A stretch of 64,000 nt of DNA from Lama guanicoe (taxonomy: Eukaryota): contig MU056000.1 in assembly GCA_013239625.1 (NCBI GenBank), positions 14,784,851 to 14,848,850 of the forward strand. The letters run 5' to 3'. The first letter of the stretch is position 1. Every line of letters starts with the position of its first letter. Below the pieces are notes generated by a model. The model was not told the origin of the DNA, did not search any database, and saw only the letters and a list, made by a program, of their open reading frames with translations. The position numbers and the translations under genes are program-made. Of the stretch, positions 38,484 through 51,399 are shown one piece after another.

Positions 38484-40779
38484 ACACAGAAATTGTAGCA
38501 AATTTCTAGCACTGACAATCTAGAATATGAGCATGTCTCAAAAATAAAACTAGTCAATGCTTTACTAAAAGTGTATTTCTCTAATAAGAGTGAAAAAGTA
38601 AATGCCATTAGGTTACATTCAAACAAGGAATATTCACATTGCTTCAATTACAATTCTAAGTCATTCACAGATTAAATATCTGGGATTCGTTCATGCAATT
38701 ATTTATATTAGTCACCAATTTTTCACTCAGGTTGTCAACCACGTTAATGAAAAATGTATCACAAATATTCCCTTACTGTAATTCTGGAAGGACTCTAAAC
38801 TTCACTGTTTTCCTAAAAATACATACTAGGGTATTTATGGTTTTGTAGAACAAATAGCCAATAAAAAGTTTCTGGATTTTGGGAGGCTCAATATGGTATC
38901 ACGGTCAATAGAGAAATGAGACCCGTGATATTTCCTTCACTACTACAAATATTTTGCAATACAATTATTATTCTAATGAATCATTAAATAAGTGTTTCAA
39001 GTTTGGCTATTACGGCAGAATTAATTTTCACATTGTTTTGATGCCCCCTGGACATGACCTCAGAAGTATAAATACGATCTTGAGATCTCTTTCCATTTCT
39101 ATTTAGTAAATAGAGATCAAAGCCCTCAGATGTGTTCACAGATCCAACACTCTATACTTCCACTGTGTTAGAAGCTCTATTAGGAAGTAATAAGATTTTA
39201 GCCACATTCCCCAGAGCACTTTGGGTACTGCTGCTTCATGAGATTTTCTCTAAAGTAACCTTTCAAGGTCAGCCACAAAAGCTCTTATTCTAGATTATAC
39301 TGGCATCTGACCTTTGTAAACTTACACACACACACACAAAAAATAAAATAGGAAAAAGAAAGATGCTAAGGGAGGCACAGTTATCTGTTTCAAAATGCAG
39401 TTATACCCACAAGCTACAGAGATACCTTGACCTATAAAGTTCATGGTTGTGTTGATTCTTCCTAACAATTACCCACAGCCATTATGATTTTCTCCCATCA
39501 CTAAAAATATCATTGCTGAGATAACTGCTCCAGTTTGAGATGGAAGAAGATTTAACAGGTAACTCGTATGCAAAAGACAGGGAGAGGTGGGGAAGAGGTT
39601 GATTTCATTACTGACATTTCAAACTGTTAATAGGCCAGATGATAAGATGTCTCACTCTCTCCAAAACTTTATGGTCACTCAGGCACTCCTCACAGTGTTT
39701 TATTCTCATATATTTCCTTGAGATAAAGTATTTTTTTTTCTTTTAAATTGGCTCTGAGATGGCCAATGTCCAATCTAATTATGTGATAATAAGTGTTAAT
39801 GACAGAATTATCAGATGGTAACTGGGCTTCATTAATGTGTCTCATTATGATTCTCAGTCTCCTGTGGAAGGTTATGAAGGAAGGACCTTGGGTGTCCCAG
39901 TTATATCTGAACATAACAGTTATAAACCCATAGCCGGGGGAAAAGAAGGTATCAGAGACATTCCTAAGCTTTCTTCTGAGGACTTGCTTCTCCAAACCTA
40001 AGTGTCAATCAATTCGTTCATAAAATTCACCATATACCCTCAACATCGTAGAAAAAATAAATTAGGTTCTGATTTGACAAATAATGTGTAACATCATCTA
40101 AATTGCAAATGCTGAAATACTTTGGTAGAAGTATACAGGAGTCCATGAACAAAATATTGCCAGCTTGATTATCCATGAACAGGTTCAAATTGTTTAGACA
40201 GAGGCAACACTTAAAGGGTCGCACGTGTTTAATTGGGTTCTCCTACACGAGTATTAATGCCCAAGGGGGTATTATCAACTTATCACTGGGATTCCATGTC
40301 AATTCCTGATTCATCCAGTTTCTATTCTTACAGTTTCTATTTGAAATAACTGTGTGTATGTGTACAGGGAGCAAATATTAACAACTAAATTTCTGCAAGA
40401 CTCAACTAAAACTTTAAAGTTTACCAAAGATAAAGGTTGACCAAAACTTCGTCTTATTAATATGTCCTAGATTAAAAAAAAAACAAAACACAACTATGGC
40501 TAAGACACATGTGCCCTATGCTTTCACAACTTAGGATCTTTGAGAAATAAAGCTTTGACATACAAACAGAAGGCTTTTTTCCTGAGGAAATACGGACCTT
40601 GTTGAATAGGAACTGAAACTGACTCACCAGGGGTGTCAAAAGGGCTCCACTCTAAATAAGATGTTAAATGGAATATATCATTGTATTTTAAAATTAGAGA
40701 TTAGGTTGAGGTTTATATTTGTTATTTGTGAGTGTATGTGATTGCTCTCTTATTTCTAATGAAATATTTAAATCAGGTT

Positions 40780-41385
40780 TCAACATTCTTAGGGCCCAAG
40801 GCAAGAATAATAATTGAGAACCATATAATACATGTTTCAATATTTAAAAGTTATTAAGTTAAACTGTAAAATAAAATATGCTTTGCTCTCCCACTTTGAC
40901 AAAGATACCTTCTTAATAAAAGCCAGATTTGAACTAGAATTCTTGGATCCTCAAAGTTCAACAGAATACTGGGGACATGGGGCAAGCTGGCCCCCTGTCA
41001 CTGTCCCATAAGAGGTCTTGTGTGCACACATTTGGGGAGTCCTTTGGCCTGTCCAAGCTCAGTCTACACCGTGCCTCCTGCAAACAGCTTCTTACTGGCC
41101 ACTGTGGTCTCTAGTTGTGCACACTGTATGAGAGACAGAGCCGGAGGAGAGGAATGTGGGCCCTGGGAGCTGCCTCAGCACCCTCTGGGGACAGAATTCT
41201 TAGTCTCAATGTACCACAGCATGATCTAAAAGGTAGGAATTAAGTGGATGTCATCAGCTCCAACTGGATCCCTGGCCTTGTAAATGCCTTGTCCTATGGG
41301 GAGAAGTACAGCCAGAAGAAACACCATGGTGAACCTTTTAAAGCTCAGGGCCCAAGGCAGGCTGTTCTCCTGCTCAGGTCTACAA
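40780..41385 (+). mobile_element. MER115-like hAT-Tip100 DNA transposon
   Basis: agggcccaaggcaag...aatatttaaaagttat...aaataaaatatg...ttgacaaagatacc...agaattcttgga, with agggcccaaggcag recurring near the right end. Confidence 0.7.
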
Positions 41386-43373
41386 CATTAGTTTCTTAAA
41401 TATGCACTGTTGTTACCTGTGTGTCCAGAGAGTGAATTCAATTTAATAGTGCTATAATAGAAAGATAATGGTCTGCATAATGGAGGGATCATCTGTTAGC
41501 TTATTCAATAAGCAGAGTAATTCTTTTTATAGAAAGTATTTAAAACTAAAAGCTCCATCTCTGTTCACTAAAGGACACTGAAGTTCTTCCACGCTGGGAA
41601 AAAATAAAAACAGTGTAGTAATCAGAAAGAAGACAAAAACACCAACAAGGAGGAAAACAGAGAGTTCAAACACCACACGTTCTGAGACTACTCTGTAGAG
41701 AAATAAAGATTTCCACAGAAATTGAAGCTGAAGAAGAGATATTGAAGAATGTGCTTGGAACAGGTACGTGTAAAATAACTAAAACTGACTATAAAGGTCC
41801 TGAGGAAAACACTCTGCATGAAAACCAGGACCTCATAGAATATAAGAATGTTAGATGCCAAAAAAAAAAAAAAAGATTGGACTAATGTCATTTCCTTAGG
41901 CACTCTGATTGATACCAGTTCTTTAACCAAAGGAAAGCTAGAGGTTGATATCAGAAAACCCAGTGTAGTATTTTTAATTCATTATATATATTATATGGTA
42001 TTTGATTCAGAATACAGGTTCATTTAAATCTCAGTAGATACAATTTATATATTTATAATAGTCTGAGTTAAAGAAAGAAAATCCTTCCACCTAGTACAAT
42101 AATTGAGTATTTGGATCAGATGATCATCACGTATCTGTTGCCATTAGGATTTTCATGCAAAATTAATCACAATATGGCAGATTACACTGCTGATAATAAT
42201 GGTCTCAGTGAACACTACTTTTGACTGTGTGTCCTTCCTGTTACAAGAGCAATGCATCATAGACATAAATATTGGGAATTCATGTGAATGATTTATGGAA
42301 ATGTAAGTTTGCTATTTCTGTATCCAATCTATTCCTAAATGTGATATATTTTAGATAAACATTTACTTTCTATTTGAACAAAACATTTCTCCCAGGCAAG
42401 AGAGATAATTTTATACCATTATTTGCACGTACCAAAGAACACTTTTTATGTTTCCTTTATCAAGGTGTTCTTAACTCCCTGTAAAATATTTCTAGAAAAA
42501 CTAAAGGGAAATTAAGTTTAGACTATCCCCATGTATAGGCCTGAATTCCCTTAAGATTCAATAGTTACTTCATAATTCTTTCCTCTTTTTGCAGAAAAAG
42601 TCTATAATAAAAAGTAAATAAATGGGAGTAAATTATTGGCCTCAAGAAAGTCACACAAATATTGTTCACCTTTGCCAAAAAGATGTATCTTACTACAAGA
42701 TAGGGAATATGTGATGCTTAGAACTCTCTTGTGCGATATTTAAAAAACTTATCTGCTTAATATTTCATGTTATTATTAAAGCAGAAGCCATTTTAAAAGG
42801 TATAAAAAGATGTTATCACTGCCCATGTGTTTTGATCCAGGAATGGTTAGAAATGTGCAGATGGCATACGGTCCTTCTGCAGCAGGCTGCAGGTCGTAGG
42901 CAAAACTAGCAGTCACTTGCCCCACAAAGGTGAGTATTCAAACTTTCTCACAGTTATATAAAAAGTCTCACCTCCTCCCAGAAAAAGATTGAAGTCGGGG
43001 TGTTAAAATTAATATAATGCAATTGTTTTGGATACAGAAAAAGTATTTTAATATTTTTAATGTCTTAGTTTCTTAAAATGTATACTTTGTTAATTATTGT
43101 TAAAGAACAACAACAAAAAAATAGAAGCTATTTGTACCTTTGGGAGGTACCTAATATAAACTGTTGATAAATATATGAAAAATAAGTGAAGAAAGATTAC
43201 AAAATTCCACCAGCTTATGGGTGTGGATCACAGGGTTATATTCTTGAGGCTGGAGCTGTGGAGGTTGTACACACAACGTTTACTGACAGATACGCTTAGT
43301 TATCTCCTATAGTCAGTCAAACTACTATCCACCTCATTTTGCTGATGAAGATAGTTGAGTGTCTTCTCCTCTT

Positions 43374-43478
43374 TTTTTTTTTTTAACTTTTTTTTTAATT
43401 GAAGTATAGTCAGTTTACTATGTTGTGTCAATTTCTGGTGTATAGCACGCAGCAGGTGGAAAGGGACAGATTGGGAGT
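43374..43478 (-). mobile_element. Tiny L1 3' end with 5' inversion
   Basis: Poly-T plus ttgaagtatagtcagtttactatgttgtgtcaatttctggtgtatagca (antisense), then ggtggaaagggacagattgggagtt (sense L1 3' UTR). TSD tcctctt at 43367-43373 and 43479-43485. Confidence 0.75.
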
Positions 43479-44789
43479 TCCTCTTGGGATTTTAAAAGGA
43501 CTTACAGGTAGAGAAACTTTGTTACACTGGCCTGCTCACGCACCCCTCTTTCTCTCCATCACTTAAAGCAAGAAAGGACAGCTGGTGAGACTGAAAGCTT
43601 TCAGTCCATCACCTCTCCCTCCTTGCCTTGTAATGAAGAGTAGCAACCTCAAGGGGGCTTACAGGTAGAGCACACCTACGTTTAAAATTAACAAGACTAG
43701 GACAGTTAAGTGAGAAATCAATCACCTTCATTGAAAAATTTCTCATGTTTTTCTCCAAACAGATTACTCAAAACAAAAACTAACTGAGTCAGTCCTCATT
43801 TTATCTTAAAAACAAAAACTGCTTAAAATAACATAGAAAAATGCTTATCTGACAGTGTTTTGGGATGTGATAATGCATGAAAAAAATCTAGAAAGTTCAC
43901 CAACTGTCCAGGGATCTGACCATCTCTGTATGAAAGGCTTCAAAAATAAACTAATTAATTAAAGGATAGATGATCACAAGGATAACATTTCAAGGCCTGC
44001 GTGGGAGTTATTTTACCTGCTAGTAACTCTTTTTTTAATATGGGAGAGTGCTTCTTTCTGGTTTGACATTAAAGTACCCATATTTCTGTAAAAGTGCTTT
44101 GACCTTTAGCAGTGTGGTGTGATCAAAGGTATCATAAACTGATTTGGGTTAAATAAAAGACACATGGGCTTTTCAGAGTTTCAGGACTAGGTATCTGGTT
44201 GCAAAAATTTCATCCCTATAGTTCATGCACAAAATTTAAAAAATCATCTGAGACATAAACCTACCTTTGGAAAAAAATTAAAAGTACACACACACATGCC
44301 TACATACACACACATCATACACACTCACATACATGATTTTCTGATGCTTTTCTTTCAAAAACAAATGTTTCAAAAATAAAATTGTAGGCAGGACATACAT
44401 TCATTCAGTATGCATTCAGTATGAAAAAAACTCAAAAGTTGTGCCATTTATCAATTTGAAGCTGCTAATTAATTTGACAAAGCCAAAATGTGATTACTGT
44501 TTTAAACCAGTAATTTTAATTTTTAGTACTTAAAAGGGGGAAAAAAAGGCATGCCCGCTCCACTGTCTTGGAAATTGGCAGTACAACAACATAATCACAG
44601 AAAACATGCCAAGCACATAGATTAGGGCTTGGATATTTACAACAGATTTTTTTCTCTTCCAAGAAATTAAAAATTGAAGAGGAAAAGGGACCAGTTTTTA
44701 AACTATTTCTATTGTCCCAAATTGTGAGATAAGATGCAAAATACTGAAATACAAACCTTACGTATTTACTAAATACCATAAATTGTACT

Positions 44790-44882
44790 TCATATATATG
44801 GGAAATATGTATATGTATGCATGTGTGTACATATGTATACAAGTATGTATATGCATACATACAAATACATATATATGTACAC
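44790..44882. repeat. Degenerate (TATG/CATA)n low-complexity tract
   Basis: atatgtatatgtatgcatgtgtgtacatatgtatac... Confidence 0.8.
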
Positions 44883-45294
44883 AGAATTGCACACTTGGGG
44901 AACTTGGAGCTCTTAATTTAAAAGAAAATAAAAATGTGAATTTTAGCAGCAGATGTTTTAATAATTGCTTTATGGTAATTTTCTGCTTGGAATGTTGAAA
45001 TGTGTTTTTGTAAGATTAAATTACTTATAATAGCGTATTATTTTCATCAGAGTAATCTTACAGTTACCACAATAATATAATAGAGACTACAGTAATGATA
45101 CATTTTAATCTTGGGAAAAATTCAAATATTTTCATTACAGGTAAAAATGACCAACGTTTTCATTACTGTAATTTTCTAAATTTATATAGAATAAAATATA
45201 TAATATAATAAGATACATAGTATGAGATCACTACTCAGAATGGGAAGGGAGAAAGTATGGCAACAGGACAAATGGAGCTAATTTCAGTCTCTCC

Positions 45295-45380
45295 TATCTG
45301 TGCAGTAAAAAATTTAGCCTTTCTCAAAGAAAGGTCTGGCCTTTGCCCCCAGCTTGTGGAAGGTAATCTATTTTATACTT
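45295..45380 (+). mobile_element. MER21-like ERVL LTR 5' fragment
   Basis: tgtgcagtaaaaaatttagcctttctcaaagaaaggtctggcctttgcccccagcttgtggaaggtaatct. Confidence 0.5.
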
Positions 45381-45779
45381 GATGGAAGTGTTATATAATG
45401 TCTGAGTATGTATTAAATCTCAGCAAAAATAGGAACTAATATTGAACCCATCTAAGTGGCCATTAGAACTCATTCCCTACCTAGAAAGTTAATGCATATT
45501 TCTTTTAATAATACAAATTTCTTTACATTTCAGACATACAGTTTTAACATCCATCATTACCAATTATATAGCTATGTCAGGAATTTCTAACATTTAAAAG
45601 ATTTTACCTATTTGATATAATTTATCTAAGTAATCTGAACAAAAACAGTATCAGGAATGTATGTAATATCCCATGATTTTGTCTGGCAACTAGTAGAAGA
45701 TGATGGGGTTGAGGACCCTGTCGTTTCTGCAAAGTCTTATTCTCTGAAAGGGTTATATTGTGCAACAATTAATACCTTG

Positions 45780-45975
45780 AACCGTAGAATTCAACTACCT
45801 GCATCTGAAACCAAGCTATGCCACTTTCAGTTGGAAAACTCCAAAAACTTACTTAATTCCCATGGGCTTGTTTTTGCCATTGTACCTCATACGTTTGCTG
45901 TGAAGCACACAAAAGCTAACGTGTAGTGCTTTTAAAAGAGAGCCTGTCATATATTAAACACTCAATAAATAAACA
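45780..45975 (+). mobile_element. MIR SINE
   Basis: ttacttaattcccatgggcttgttttt...gtacctcatacgtttgctgtgaag...agagcctgtcatatattaaacactcaataaat. Confidence 0.5.
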
Positions 45976-46479
45976 GTTTATTTAATTAAAATGTTGTATT
46001 ATAAAAAAAACTGTATTATAGAATAACATTAAATGTGAATATCTGATATGGAAAATGGAAAAATGAACAAACGGATAAAACAACAGTTAAAAAAAAAAAC
46101 TAGTTTTCCTTGAAATATATTTGACCTGCGTACTATTGCTAAAGTGCAAGGCATTTAAAAAAAAAATCTCTTGAATGGTTAAATTCCACATGGAGACCTA
46201 TCACATTAAACAAAAGGCTTGCTTGCACATTTCCAGAGTTGATTTTTCAAGCAGTAATCTATATCTATTCCTCACTGGACTGACTGTCAGGAATATTCGG
46301 GAGGGGAAGCATCACTCCATTATATTCTACTTTTTCTCCCCTTCCTCTCTACACAGACAAAGAGAGAAATTCACAGAACAGAATAAAAAGAATATGACTC
46401 ATAAAGCAGATATAACATATTGTGGAAATACTTCAGGTAAAATATTTTAAAATATTATTTAAAATATTTAGTCATAGTG

Positions 46480-46680
46480 AAGACATGGATTAATATTTCA
46501 GCCCTAATACATAATAAATGTGTGTCACTGGGCAGGAAAATATATAAGCCTCGGAACTTATATCTGTATGGAGGAAACAGGTCATTAAAGAGATTAAGTT
46601 ATATAACCAATCTGAAGCACTCAATAAATTACTTCCTGTACAGAAACTGCTCAATGACTTTCCATAGTTATTATCATCCT
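46480..46680 (+). mobile_element. MIR fragment
   Basis: tgtgtgtcactgggcagg...aagcctc...tatctgtat...gagattaag...aagcactcaataaat. Confidence 0.4.
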
Positions 46681-46864
46681 CATCACAAAAAATATTGCAA
46701 AAAGCAGATGTGTCTTTTTAAGGAAAACTTAATCTGATGATTTAGTAGCTGTCATCAATAGAAGATCTCTCAATGAGACAAGTTCTGGTTTTAACTGTAC
46801 AGTAGTAGTAATTCAATCACCACCAAATTCTTTATCTGTGGAATTAAAGAGAAAAAATGAAATT

Positions 46865-47285
46865 GCACTGGAGTAAATTACTAGCTCCATTTTTTTTTTA
46901 TCCTTTTCTCTATGCATGTTCTTTGCCATGAAACTTTGTAGTTCCTTTAGTAATCCAGAAGTAGAGTGAAGTAGCTTTCTCTTGATTTGAGGTCAGGCAT
47001 GTGACTTGCTTTGGCCAATAATAAAATGTTAGCCCTTGATTCAAGCAGAGCCTTGAAATGTGCTTGCGAAGTATGTTTTGTCATTGCCCTTAGAGAAGCG
47101 TGCCCATCCTGACTAGCCCCAGTTCACCAGAATTGAGAAAGATACACAGAAAGCAGAGCAACACTGGTTAAAATGGAGGCAGAAAAAGAGCTACGCTAGC
47201 TGACCTTCAAATTTGTGAAAAATAAACGCCTATTGTCTTATGCCATTTGGATTGTTGACTTTTTCTCTTATGCGGTTTGACTAGT
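46865..47285 (+). mobile_element. MaLR LTR (MLT1H/I-like)
   Basis: ttgccatgaaactttgtagttcc...ggcatgtgacttgctttggccaat...aataaacgcctattgtcttatgcca. Confidence 0.6.
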
Positions 47286-48367
47286 ACAGTAGTTAACAAT
47301 AGCATTTAACAATATAACAGTTAACTTTCCATGACATACACGTATATATATTTAGGCACATTATTATCGTTCTCATTCTACTTCTTTACAAGTGCAAATA
47401 TAGTTGCTTAAAAAAAAAAAAGCAAGATTCTGAAATTATAGCAGTTGCCTGATATTTATTCCTTTGGATGAGACATGTCAATATTAAAATATAAAATGAC
47501 AGGAAATTTTCAAATCGCCTCCTGAATCTGCCTATCTTTAAATATACATACTACATACATACAGATTTCTATATCTATATCTACATCTCTCTCTCTCTCT
47601 ATACACACACACACACACACACACACACAACAGGCATCTCCAAACCCTGCCAAAAGCATTTATCAGGCATTTATTTGAACACAAATAATCCCTTAAGGAG
47701 ATATGGAAGGAGTTCTTGATTTTAATTAATTCTACCTGCGATTGTTTCAAAGATAGGTAGAATTACTACCTTTAGTAAAAATTAGGTGAATATGGGGACT
47801 CAAAGAATAATGACATTTCCTGAGGCAAGGAAACCAAACCTCATGCTCATTCATTCTTCCTTCTGTATCACACAACCTAAAGATATGTCTGAGAGAAAAA
47901 AGGGTGTTATATAGCTTACCGCCATTTTCCAACTAAATTCATTTGATGTTAACTTTCTATCACTTTTTTTTTACATTTTCATTTCTAATATTTACATTTT
48001 CCTTTCCAGTCTGAAAAAAGTAATTTATAAAAATTTCATGACTATAGGTGAGAATAATTAAAGCAAAATACTTTTCGTTGAAACTTACATTCCCTAATAT
48101 AAAAAATATAAATTCTGGAAATACTAATCTAGACTGGAATTATCTGAATTCCTGAATACTACAGTTCTGAAACAAACATGATGGCTGATGTAAATGTTTG
48201 ACACTGATATGCTATACCGCTTGGCTGCCTGCCCTTCACTGTAAAAATACTGAATTTCTTTCTAGGACCTTCACCTGAGGCAGCATAAAAACTGGGATGA
48301 ATTCATTCCCCAATTTTAATTCAATCCCAATGTTTATGTTCAGCAAATTATGTAAAAAAAGAAAGTA

Positions 48368-48870
48368 CTATGGTAGGCAGAGCAATGCCCTCCACATGGG
48401 TTCCATCTCTTAATCCCTAGAGCCTGTGACTACACGGCATGAAGGGATTAAAGTTGAAAATGAAGTTCAAGCTGCAAGCCAACTAGCCTTAAAATAGGGG
48501 GATTCCTCTGGATTATCTGGGTGGGTACAATGTGATCACAAGAGTTCCCAAAAGATGGAAGAGGGAGGCCGGAGAATCAGTGTCAGAGTAAAGCGGTGAG
48601 AGACTTGAGCAGCCGTTGCTGGCTTTCAAGATGGAGGGGGAGCCCGACCCATAGGTCCAAGGCAACCTCTAGAAGCTGGAAGAGGCCAGAGAATGGACTC
48701 CCTCCTAGAGCCTCCAGAAATAAATGCAGCTCTGAGGACACCTTGGTTTTACCCACATGAGGCACATTTAGGATGTCTGACCTCCAAAACTGTATGGCAA
48801 TACATTTGTGTTGTTTTAAGCCACAGATTTTATACTGATTTCTTACAGCAGCAATAGAAAATGAAAACAG
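48368..48870 (+). mobile_element. MaLR solo LTR (MLT1D/E-like)
   Basis: tggtaggcagagcaatgccc...ctggattatctgggtggg...cctctagaagctgga...ctagagcctccaga...ttttaagccac...ttacagcagcaatagaaaatgaaaaca. Confidence 0.85.
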
Positions 48871-49385
48871 GTACTGATAAAAAGATCTCCCCAAGCACAG
48901 TATAAAATAGAGAGTGGTTTGTGTAGGGATAGAGGAAGGCATGGAGAAATTTCTGTGGCGTACTCTCCTGACAGCTCATCTTTGGAGCAGTACAGAGTGA
49001 CAAAATGGGAAAATCTTGCCACATCATTGGGATAATTCTCTTCTTTAGAAAGATGTGGCAGCTTTTAATGTCAAAGATCAGTGACATTTTAGCATCACAA
49101 CGTAGATTAAGGTTTGTCCCTTAGGAGAGTTAACTCTAGGAGACTTTACAAATTGATCAAGTTCTAAGAGCTTGAACTCTTGATTTTTTTTTTTAAAGCA
49201 CAATCTCAACTGAACAATTCTGATGGCAGTTAAAGTAAGAGATCAAAAGCAGATATATTTCATTTTTTAGAAAAGAACATTAATAATGATCAAAACTAAC
49301 ACTTTTCAAAGGTTTTTTGTTGTCGCCACCCTAATTTCCACATCTGAGTCAGTGGAATTCACTGACTGTGTGTATTTAATCGTGA

Positions 49386-49440
49386 TTGTATGTGTATGTG
49401 TGTGTGTGTGTGTGTGTGTGAGGGGGTGGGGGAAGGGGGG
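49386..49440. repeat. (TG)n microsatellite followed by G-runs
   Basis: Direct read: (tg)n then agggggtgggggaagggggg. Confidence 0.9.
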
Positions 49441-49757
49441 CAGGCAGGAGGAATACAGCCACAAGTTGTAAAAGCCACCAAATGATAAGACAAGGAGTAG
49501 CTCCCCAGTGACAGAGATGCAATAAATCCTTTCAAGAAGTGGGAGGCTTGAAAGCACTCACAGAGAAGGAGAACAGAAGAGGCTGAAGGTATGAAAGATA
49601 ATTTCAAATCAGTTTGGGCCATTTTCCACAGGAATGGTGAAAGACGTCCTGGGGGAAATTTAGAGGATCAAGAACATGGGGCTAGTCATTATTTTCTGTC
49701 TTGATCTCTAGAAGATGGCCTTTCCGAGGATTTTAATGACATAGCTACAAGTAGAAT

Positions 49758-49930
49758 CAGCACCAGCTACAGAATTTGTGAGGCCCAGTTCAAAATAAAA
49801 ATGTAGGTCTCTTGGTTCAAAAATCAAAAAGGACTTCAGGATGATGACAGCAGAGCATTAGGCTGTGAGAATCTCTGAGCCTGGGCCCCGGGGCAGCTGC
49901 ACAGGTGGTGCCCCCATGAAGCCAGCCTGG
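49758..49930 (-). mobile_element. MER45A-like hAT-Tip100 MITE
   Basis: Reverse complement resembles MER45A: gctacagaatttgtgaggcccagttcaaaat...gacagcagagcatta...gctgcacaggt...cccatgaagccagcc. Confidence 0.75.
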
Positions 49931-51399
49931 GGTGGAACTGTGTGTTAGGAAGGTTGAGACTGAGGCTTCCTAAGATTTGAAATAACTGCCTCTTATGCCC
50001 GTGTTTTGTTTCTTTCTTTGTCCTGTACGACTCGAGGGTGAATCCACCTGTTCCTGCACACTAGGGTGCAGTCTGGAAGGGACTGAGAAAGGAGAGGCGT
50101 GTGTTTTGCCTTCCGAGCGGGTGATTACAGTGTAAAGTGGTTGAAACTCACAGCTAATTCTCTGGTATTGAGAACCCAAGGTACATGCAGGTGTGAGCTG
50201 GGTCCCTGTGGGAAAGCGTCAGCAGTGAGCCCGTAGCAGCTGGAGAGCAGATCGCCCGTCTCAGCCCTTCTCCGTCCCCTGTATCCCAGGACAACAGCAC
50301 CAAGTGAAGACAGCGCAGAGGTGACCTGGGCCCAGCTGTCCGTCTCTGAATACCATAAAATAATACCTAGGGCCCTGGAATTTGGATCTTTTCCAATAGG
50401 AAGAGGGAGAGAAAAGCAAGTAGGGGTGTGTGTGTGTGGGGTGAATTTCACTGAGAGTTTACTAAAAGGTAAACTAATTTAAAATCAAAATTTTGTTATG
50501 TACTCATATATGGAGAAATTGAGTTTTCTGATACTCTGAAATATGAGTGAAATAAATTTGATAAAAGAAAATGAAAATTGTATACTTGTATACATGGAAC
50601 TTATAAGCCATAAAATGTATATGTTTATGGTGTTTAAAATGTAAAATGGGCAGTTACAATCACTCTAGTAAACTTATGAACTAAGGAAATGTTAAAGAAT
50701 TGTTTTAGTTTTACTATTTTACTAAAATAAAATATAAAAGATTAATCATGTTTGAAAAGAAAATAACCGGGTAAATATATTTTTTTACATTTTCAGGTAT
50801 AATGTAATCATATTGACTTGCCACACAGTATATATTTTAACAATATAACTGCTTTGTTGTGCTGATTGATGGAGAATTATTTAATCTGAATGAGCACTGG
50901 ATACTCAGAGAATCCTCACACAATGAAATACAAAATGATGGAGGTAAGAAAATAAACATCCTGTTTAAATCAGGACCTGGAATTTAAGGAAAATAACAGA
51001 AAAGAAGAAACTAAAAATGAAAGTTGTACGAAAGTTTGATGCTTTATATGGGACTGAGTGATCTCCTAGTCATCAAAGAACAGGATATTTGTAGCTATGT
51101 CAGCATGGGAGAGTAGGTACTGAGTTTGTACCACATAGAACAAATTAGACTGAGAGTCTCACATAAAGATGGGACCCTTCAGAAGTTATTTCAAAGGTAA
51201 AATAAAACATAGGCTTAATAAAAAAAATGGGATTCTAAAAGAGTATGAGTATCTTATTTATGATGCTTCAGAATTTAAAATCACTCACATAGGCTTGCAG
51301 AGAAATATACCTTCCTACAAGGACCTGGTGTCCTCACAGGTGAGGTGAAGTATTTACATAAAGGACAGATATTGAGACAGGATTTAAATAACAGAGCAA

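Noticed and set aside
46439..46470. AT-only palindrome aatattttaaaatatt within a short tandem repeat
   Set aside because: Low-complexity AT sequence, far too short for a palindromic AT-rich repeat.
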